Positions 38,401 through 46,400 of a stretch of 64,000 bases of DNA are shown here, one piece after another. This DNA comes from a virus: positions 1 to 64,000 of IMG/VR virus record IMGVR_UViG_3300048837_000984; one strand, 5' to 3'. The notes beneath the pieces are model-generated. The model was given only the letters and a program-made list of their open reading frames with translations, ran no database searches and was not told the origin of the DNA. Within the stretch, counting starts at the first letter, position 1. Every line of letters starts with the position of its first letter. The translations under genes were made by a program, and so were the position numbers.

Positions 38401-39380
38401 GTATGATCGACTTCAAGGTCGAAGGTCTGGATCTCACCGATGGGATCGGAACCGACGAACCGCACTAGCGGTTTATCTGGCGAGTCCGCCAGAACAGCGG
38501 AGTATCGATAGTCCAGGTCGCCAAGAGCAACCATCTCTGGCTTGGCGCAACCGTCTGCCAGGGCAAGGATCTTGTGATCTTCCGTGGCATGAACCGTGAT
38601 CTCGTCTTCGAATCGGAAGCAACGGCACTTGCGGAGACCGTTGTCAAACTTGGCGACAACGGTAACGAACCCAGTGTTGCCGTTCATGTCCGCGCCAAGG
38701 ATCTTGTCCCCGGGTTTGACCAGGCAGATAGGGATGCTGAAGTAGTCCTTCAGAAACACCTTCTCATATGCAGCCAGGCAAAACTTGGTATCGACGACAC
38801 CTTTGCGAGCGCCGAACGATCCTGCAAAGTACTCGGCCGGCGACAGGCCTTCCGAGTAGCTCTTCAAAACTGGAATGGGTATAGGTCGGTTGTGGTGGTC
38901 CACGTACAGAAGGTCGCCTGCACGCAGAGAGCGCAAATTTGTCTTGTTACCGCGGGCTCCAGACAGGACCTGGTGCGCAAGCGGATTTCTCTCCAGGAGG
39001 CTCTCGTCGTAGACTCGGTTCTGGAGCGACTCCCCTTCCGACATCAGAAGGTCGACAACTTTCTGCTCTTTTTCTGTGTCAGAAAGGTCCGACCGATAGA
39101 TGTTGCCGATTTCCTTCTGCAACTTCATCTGAGCGGCCTTGGCAGCGATCGACCTTTTAAGGTGCTTGAGGCCAAACGAATTGCCACCAGTCGCATAAGA
39201 AACCTGAGAACCGATCTTGCTCAAGTCAAATACGATTTGCCGGTACTTGTCTGGATGCTTGGTTGCAACTTCCTGGAGAAGATCCTGAATGCCCTTCTTG
39301 TCAAGAATACGGTCGTACCTGCGCAAGTCAGGCGGAAGAACCTGGTTGACCAGCAGCTGTCCGACCGTAGTCTTGAGCAT
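35442..39380 (-). CDS. rpoC: RNA polymerase beta' C-terminal half (bridge helix, trigger loop) with three inteins (about 647 aa spliced)
   Basis: [34 protein letters not shown]|SKQ matches EGL..[51 protein letters not shown] matches the trigger loop [21 protein letters not shown]. Confidence 0.92.
   Translation of the reverse strand: [1312 protein letters not shown]
36387..37529 (-). mobile_element. Intein C (381 aa, LAGLIDADG) in the trigger loop
   Basis: CLAEGT.. [17 protein letters not shown] and [16 protein letters not shown]..IVSN before Ser. Confidence 0.92.
37905..38333 (-). mobile_element. Mini-intein B (143 aa) in the bridge helix
   Basis: CLAEGT.. ATVDHKIL.. TFDIEV..IVSN before Ser. 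Confidence 0.9.
38358..38780 (-). mobile_element. Mini-intein A (141 aa) in the bridge helix
   Basis: CLAAYE.. ATEDHKIL.. TFDLEV..TVSN before Ser. Confidence 0.9.
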
Positions 39381-39383
39381 TTC

Positions 39384-39626
39384 TCATTCCCTGTTCAGGT
39401 CCATGCGGTCGATGACGACGGTGTCGGCAATACCGCACATCTTCAGTTGAGCCAGGAAGTCCTTGTCGAGAGCGTGACTGGCTCGAATGTGTTCCCGGCC
39501 GTTGACTCGATCTTTTTGGTAAGTAATTGCAAAGGCGACTGGGTTACCCATGTCGTCTCGCACAAGCACACGGGTGGCCTCGACGACCAGTGGTTCGCCG
39601 AGGCCATTGTGAATCTCAAGCTTCAT
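39384..39626 (-). CDS. Small hypothetical protein between the RNAP genes
   Basis: 80-aa ORF, tightly packed. Confidence 0.6.
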   Translation of the reverse strand: MKLEIHNGLGEPLVVEATRVLVRDDMGNPVAFAITYQKDRVNGREHIRASHALDKDFLAQLKMCGIADTVVIDRMDLNRE

Positions 39627-39629
39627 GGA

Positions 39630-40418
39630 TTACGCCTTTTTGCGCCGGAGCATCAAAGCCACTGCGGCTGCCTTGGACATAATTTTTTTGTGATCCACTG
39701 GCGTCCCAATATTGGCCGCTGCCGCCTTTTCTCCGCCTCCACCGACGTCCCCACCAGGAGGCGTCGGGAAGGCGCCCTGAATGGGGCTGATGGGCGGAAT
39801 AGCGCTCTGGACTTGAGAAGCCCCTGGAGTCACGTCAGAACCACCGGACTCAGCCGTGGCTGGGGCTCCAGTCATCGGGTCGCGGTTAGGACCGTCGAGA
39901 ATGTCCATAGGCAGCTCGATGTTCTGCATTCGCAGGAAGTGCAGGAACATCTTCTTCAGCTGGAAGACGTCCGTGGCAATGGTGTTGATGTCTGGCTTGG
40001 GAGCCTTACCGCCCTTGCCGCCTCCCTGCGGGAGAAGGCCAGCAGCAGACAACTCGTCGCGGATCGCGCTACGGATGTCTCCACCGCCTCCGCCGCCACC
40101 TGCGGCTGGGTCGGGCGGGGGAGGTGGCGGAGGCGGCATCCCACCCATCATGGCTGGATCCATTGGCGGCATGCCCATCATCGAAGGATCCATCGGTGGT
40201 GCCCCGCCAGGAGGCATCCCACCCATCATGGCCGGATCCATGGGAGGAGCTCCACCAGGAGGCATAACCATCATTGAGGGATCCATCGGTGGTGCCCCAC
40301 CGGGCGGCATCCCGCCCATGGCCGCTGGATCGGCCGGCATAGCGCCACCAGGAGCGGGCACGAATGCTCGCTTCTGTCGTGCTTTAGCCATTTTGACCAG
40401 ATCTAAGTTGAGACCCAT
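39630..40418 (-). CDS. Pro/Met/Gly low-complexity protein with K-x-A motifs
   Basis: Repeats of PGGAPPMDP(A/S)MM; QKRAF, EKAAAA, SKAAA. Confidence 0.6.
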   Translation of the reverse strand: MGLNLDLVKMAKARQKRAFVPAPGGAMPADPAAMGGMPPGGAPPMDPSMMVMPPGGAPPMDPAMMGGMPPGGAPPMDPSMMGMPPMDPAMMGGMPPPPPPPPDPAAGGGGGGGDIRSAIRDELSAAGLLPQGGGKGGKAPKPDINTIATDVFQLKKMFLHFLRMQNIELPMDILDGPNRDPMTGAPATAESGGSDVTPGASQVQSAIPPISPIQGAFPTPPGGDVGGGGEKAAAANIGTPVDHKKIMSKAAAVALMLRRKKA

Positions 40419-40484
40419 CTTGCCCTTCCTTGGCTAGGAGACTCCGCTAGTGCGCTGTACGTCTGATTGTACAGCCAAGTGGCG

Positions 40485-43400
40485 TTAATGTTCCAGCACC
40501 GAAACCTGCTGGTCGATGTCGACGTTGTTGTTGTAGAACGCGCGGATGGCGTCCTTGACGGAAGCAAAAGTCTTTTGACTCTTCTGATTGTCAACCTGAG
40601 CGGTCGCAGCCCACAGACCGCCAACGTATTCCTGGCTCGGTTTGTAGGTGTCAGCCTTGAAGGTCCGGACAGAAAACAGGTTACGACTCGGCATCATCTT
40701 GGCAACCGCCTCGTCACGAGCTTCGTCAGTTGCCGGGACGTAGTAGTTGGAGGTGTTGGATAGAATGACACCGTCCGCCGCCATAAACGTTTCCGGACCC
40801 GGAACAGTCAGGTCGTAGCCGATCTCGACCTGACCTGTCTTCTCAAAGCTCTCGACTGGATCCCAAGTAATGTAGGTGTTCGCCACTACAGTACGCCAGG
40901 TATCCCATTCCGGATGGTCAACCTTACCGCCGGGAATGAACTCGACGATCTTCTCTGCGGCCAACCGAGTGATGTGGCCGGAACTCTTTGCGTCGTGAAA
41001 AGCCGAGTACATCCCGCCGTGACCCGGCAGCCAGGTCTTCCGTTCCTTATTCGGTTTCGGAATCGCCTTGCAGATGAGGTCAGCTATCGCGGTCGGAACA
41101 GGGACGACGTCGTGACGAGCAAGCGGTCCTGACATCTCTACAGGAGCCGATTCCAGCGCAGCTAGCTTGTTCGGATGGACCATGCCACGACCGCCCCACT
41201 GGTGAATGTCGTAGTTAGACGGCGACCAGACCCAGCACGGATTGCCTGCCGGGGTCTTGGAGTTCGTGATACGTCCTCGAATGCCAAGCGACAGCGCCAG
41301 TAGAGATACCTCTTGCGTCAAGCGGAGGCTAGTACTGGTTACATTAGCCATCAGTTGTGGCTTCTTCTTGGCTTTGGAAACCGAGATACTACCGTCGGTG
41401 TCCATAATGCCCGCGAACAGTCCCAGACGAAACTCCCTAGGAGCTTTCAAGAACCACACGGGCAGGTGCTTATACTGCGACTTTTGTCCGATCAACTCAG
41501 CAAGCATGCGTGCCAGGTGGGTGCTATTCCAAGTATGCCACTGGCTCTCTCCGTAGGATGTCTTCGACTCAGTTCGCAGACAAGCCGGTCTCTTGTCCGA
41601 AAACAGTCTGCCGATGATCTGGTCGACCTTGTCGACAATCGGCTGGGTAATGCCAGACAGAACGAACGCCTTGCGTTCCTCCGGTACCCAACCGTCTCCA
41701 GCAGCGCAACCGACAAGATAGCCAAGATCTTCGTTGATCGAAATGTTGTCGAACATTCCGAACTCTCTATTTGACGCGGCGTTGGCATAACCGACCGTTG
41801 CCAGACTGGTTACCGTTGGTTCTGGTCGAGATGCTTCCGGCATCTCGACAACACGCGGAACAAGGACTCGCGCCTCAACCGCTGCTGCCGGTCGAAACCT
41901 CTTGAGCTCGAGCGTCCCTGCCGCCACACCGTACACGGCTCGGGGGTCGTCGTCAGTAAAGATCTGTCGGCCAGATCGAAGATTGACGATTTCCACCGGA
42001 CAGCCGTGATGCTTAGACCAGCGTGAGACCTGAGTCCAGGTTAGCTGTCCGTCAGGTCCGTGCGACAGAACCTTGATGCCTTCAGGAACACGATACCACT
42101 CAATTCGACCAAACTGCCCCTTAGTCTCTTCGATCTGTTCCAGATGCGGGAAGTCCTCCAGGTTGAAAACATAGAGGTCGTCGTTGTTGTCCAGGGTTGG
42201 CAGACGCAGACCAGCTGAAAACGGCATTCGATGCTCCGCTAGATTGGATTGGTCGTTTACTACAATCCAGTCTATATTATTCAGGCAGGTCCTGTCAATA
42301 GAGGCAAAAACGATTCCAATCTGTTGATCTCCATCGAAGTCCATGCCGTAAGAGCCTACAATCGTGGGATTAACCTGCAACACATTGCTCTTCGTCAGCT
42401 TCGGCCAGAACGCCATCTCGCCGTAGCGGTGAAGCACTGGAGCCCGAGTTACGACCACAGGCCGAGAGTCGATCTCACTTAGCAAGGCCTTACGAGCAAT
42501 CTCGTCCCGGTTCTTGACGTACTGCAGGGCATTCACCCGGGAAACACCGTTCATAACCAGTCGGCGGATCACGAACGGGGTGTAGACAGCCCATGCTCGG
42601 TCTTCTGGCAGGCCAACCTCGTCCATGTTCAGGTCAGGGTTTGGTGCTACCACCGCTCGGCCAACCAGGTCCATGTTGGCGCCAAGAAGCTTGTACTGCA
42701 CAGTGCTATACTTCGGCGACGACCCAAAGACCTGCTGTAGCACGCCCTTGATCTTCTTCTCCTGGTTCTTGGGGGATATAGGGTCTCCAATACCAGTTAC
42801 ACCCTTGATAGCGTTGTAAAGCGTTACGCGCTCTTCGGCTGTGTCCGCAACCTGACCCTTGATGGCGTTCAGGTTCTCGTTGGCGTCCCAGGCCTCCTTG
42901 TACAGGTAGTTCACGTCCGACACCAGCTGACCGCCGGTTCCCTGCATGATGGAAACTGGGCGGAACATGGGCGGAAGAACTGGCAGCTTGTTGATCATCC
43001 ACTCGGACGGGTGGACTCCGGTCTTCTTGGCTGCCGCCAGGTAATTGAGTCGCTTAACCGCATCGCTCCGCAAGGTCTTCTTACCCGACCGAATGTCTTC
43101 CCGGGCCTGGGTAATGCCCTGGTCCAGGTTGATGGCCTTCAGTGCGTTGTAAATGGCTTCTGGGCCGGTTGTATCGCCAAGCTTCTCCTGACCGCCAAGA
43201 ACAGCTTCGAACTTCTTCTGGGTCAACCCCAGGAGTTTGCGGATGGGTTCCTCCATGACTGGAGAAGGCATCATCTCGTGGAGCTTGATATAACTCCAGC
43301 GGTTACCGCCATGTGAGCCGGTCAGGGTCGGGTCGAACAGACCGCCCTTGATTGGCTTCATGCCGTCCTTCCAGTCAACGGTTTCCACGTTCTGGAGCTC

Positions 43401-46400
43401 ACGGCCCTCCGCCATGGAGTCAACATCTTTGTCAGTGAGGGCCATCAAGTTGAGATGGCTACCATCACGCTGAACGTTGATACCGGAAGCCTTGAGGCTG
43501 TTGATGAACTTTTCGTAGACCTGTGGAGCCTTGGGAGTGGCCGGGCGGAAACCGCTCATGAACGAGGACCAGTACTCCTGGTTCTTCTGTCCACGAATCA
43601 GCTTTGCGTCCCGAAGGACCTCCGTTGCGCCAGAAGAGAGCAGGGCGTTGCAATCCATAAGCGCGAGTCGTTTACTGTTTGATACGAGAGTCCGGCCGGC
43701 ACAATAGTTGTGCGTCTTCTCCACAGTGAAGTCGTAGACGTTGGTCTCGACGACGTTCTTTTCTGGTACGTACGCTTTGATTTCTTTGATACGCAAAGGA
43801 ACCAACCCCAGCCGGGCATCTTTGTCGATCGGTATCACGGACTGGTTCTCTTGAATAGTCCGTACGGATTCAGCGAGGAATTTTTTGCTTGCTGGAATCA
43901 CTGACCACGGCACCCAGCGGGCGATTTCTTTGATCAATTGTCGGCATAACGCAGCCGATAGACACAAAGCCCCAACAGCGTTTACGGTGCAGGGTTCTTC
44001 ATATCGCCGAGACAGCCAGGTCGCTAGTTTCTTAGCCTCTTCTCGCGTAAATCCGTTTGTTGCGATGTTGCCCGTATAGTTAACGCATCCTTCTTTCTTG
44101 GCCCGGTTCGCTATGGACCCGTCGTCAAGAACCCAGACCGCGACACTCAAGCCTGATAGTTTTTCTAACCACGCGTCCGTAACTGTTTTCTTGCGCTTAA
44201 TTCCAGAGCAACAAGTTTCTGCCAGAGGTTCGAATATATGCCTCGAGCACAGAGACACAACAGAAGAAGCAGAAGACCTGACAATCTCACCACGAATACT
44301 GCAAGGTTGAATCCGAGACGGCCTATCGTAGATGCCGGCACCTAAGCTGGATAGGATTTCGTATTTCCATCGAAGGTATGCGTTTTGCTGAATACAGTGC
44401 TCAAATGTAAACGCACTTACGGATACAGATGAGTCACCGAGCATCGAACCATACATAAGCTCCCACTGGTGTTTAGTGGGTACCAACCCAGCTGTAGCCA
44501 GGTAGTCGCCGGTACGAAGCTCACCTATCGACACCTTCTCACCGGAAGGTCGGAATACTTCGTGATTTTTAGTCACGTGCATAGCCCGACCGTCGGATGT
44601 CTTCACGGTGACGAGGGCGGCTATATTGCAGCGACGAACAAACCAGTCTACGACTCGCCCGTAAGTCCACTCATTCTTTTCGAAGTCGTATGTCTTAACT
44701 TTGACGTTGAGTCTTTTTTCGCAAATCTTACTGATGCGAACAGGACCGTCAGTTGTTGCAATCAGCTGGCGTGGAGCGAAGCACTGTCCACCTTCACCGC
44801 CGCCTTTAGCTGGCATGCCCTCCGCGTTGTAACTGCCGAGACCGCGGCCTTGAGTTTTCGATTCACTGGTGTGATGAAGTTTGAGAATGAACTGGGATCC
44901 GGTAAGGATATCCTTGATATGGCGACCACTGACAGGATCGATCAGCGTCTCGGTATCTCGAATACCGTACTTCTCAGCTTCCTTCTGTGCGTAATCCGTC
45001 CAGTCCTGGACGTCTTCACTCCAGTCGAGAACCTTGTAAGGTTTGCCGGTTTTCGCAGCAACCTTCCCAAGAATGGTCTCAATAATCTGGCTGGGGTTAC
45101 CGCGAGAGATGACGCCCAGGGGGTTCAGAAGGATTTCCATAGCTTCGCCGGCTTCGTTGTGTGGCATCTCACCGTCTGGCACAACAGCCGCAACGATACC
45201 CTTACCGCCAAACCGATTGGCCAGCTTATCACCAACAACCAGCGGCGCGTAAGCCTTGACGGCTACGGTAATGCCCTTGGCTGTCTTGGCCACGTCTGTA
45301 ACAACACCCTCGTTGTGATGGTCCCAGACCACCGAACTATCTGAAAAGGATCCGCCGTGCGATGAGTGGACTTGTCGGTGCGAGACGTCGCGCTGCCGCG
45401 CCATGAGAATCAACGGGTCGCCTTCTTTGACGACAGTACCCGGCTTGATGACACCATCGTCGTCGATCTGGTCAAGAAGTCGACGTTCGTACTTGGTTGG
45501 GAAGATACTGACGAAGTTGTTCTTTCCTTTCTTGCTGCTCTTGTCGAACTCGACACCACTCTGGTACATGTTCTCGCTACTTAATTTTTTAGCAGCCGAC
45601 TCACTGACCACGATCGCGTCTTCGTAGTTCTGCCCACGGAAGCTGATGTAGCCAACCTTCAGGTTCTTACCGAGAGCTACCGTGCCGTTCTCGTCCGTGT
45701 TGTTGGAGCGGGCCAGGAGTTGCCCAGGTCGAACCGGGTCTCCTTCCTTGACAAGCGGAGTGCTGTGGGCAAAGGTCTTTCTGGCGTACGGGAAGTTGTT
45801 GTACAGGTCGTACGTCTTGGTCTCGCCGTCCTCGTACTGGACAGTGATCGAGTCGTTATCGGCTGCTCGGACGCGACCTAACTTGTCAGCGGCGCGGACA
45901 GCCCCAAGGTACTGTCCGTAGTGCTCCTCAAAGCTGGTGTTCGGTTTGCCGGGCATACCCGATTGAACCAGCGGCGCTTCCGGATCCCGAAGCGGTAGAG
46001 CCTGGGTCAAGAAGCGGCTACCCATAGCCACGCGCTGGCCCTTGCTCGATCCCTTGAGTGGGATCATGTTTGCCAAGGGACTAAACGCATTTTCAAAATG
46101 GGGCATGACCAGCTGAACGCTCTCACGCGGCACCATCTTGGTCTGGCCGTTGACCATGGCCACGACGTGTTCCTTGCCACTCCCCATTTCGTTGGGGAAG
46201 GCGATGACGAAGTCGCTAACTTCTTGAGGCGATCGCCAAATCTCTTCACCATTCGGAGTCAAGAACTTGGCGTAGACCTTGTTGTCGGAGCCCTTGCGTG
46301 TGCTAAAGGCCAGGCGGCTGTCGACACCTGCTTTCAAGGATTCCGGGGTACGGATCGTGTCGATGTAACCCAGCTGAGACGGATGGACTGAACGAGCCTC

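Noticed and set aside
38574-40277. Long plus-strand ORFs (also 18010-19119, 48599-49756, 14079-15209, 23842-24837)
   Set aside because: Antisense shadows of well-supported minus-strand genes in GC-rich DNA, with no SD or recognisable motifs.
42240-42326. Canonical Cys start (CLNNIDW) for the third beta/beta' intein
   Set aside because: It would leave 13 extra residues next to the catalytic DFDGD, whereas TSNYYVP aligns directly after DFDGD. Not fully excluded without experiment.
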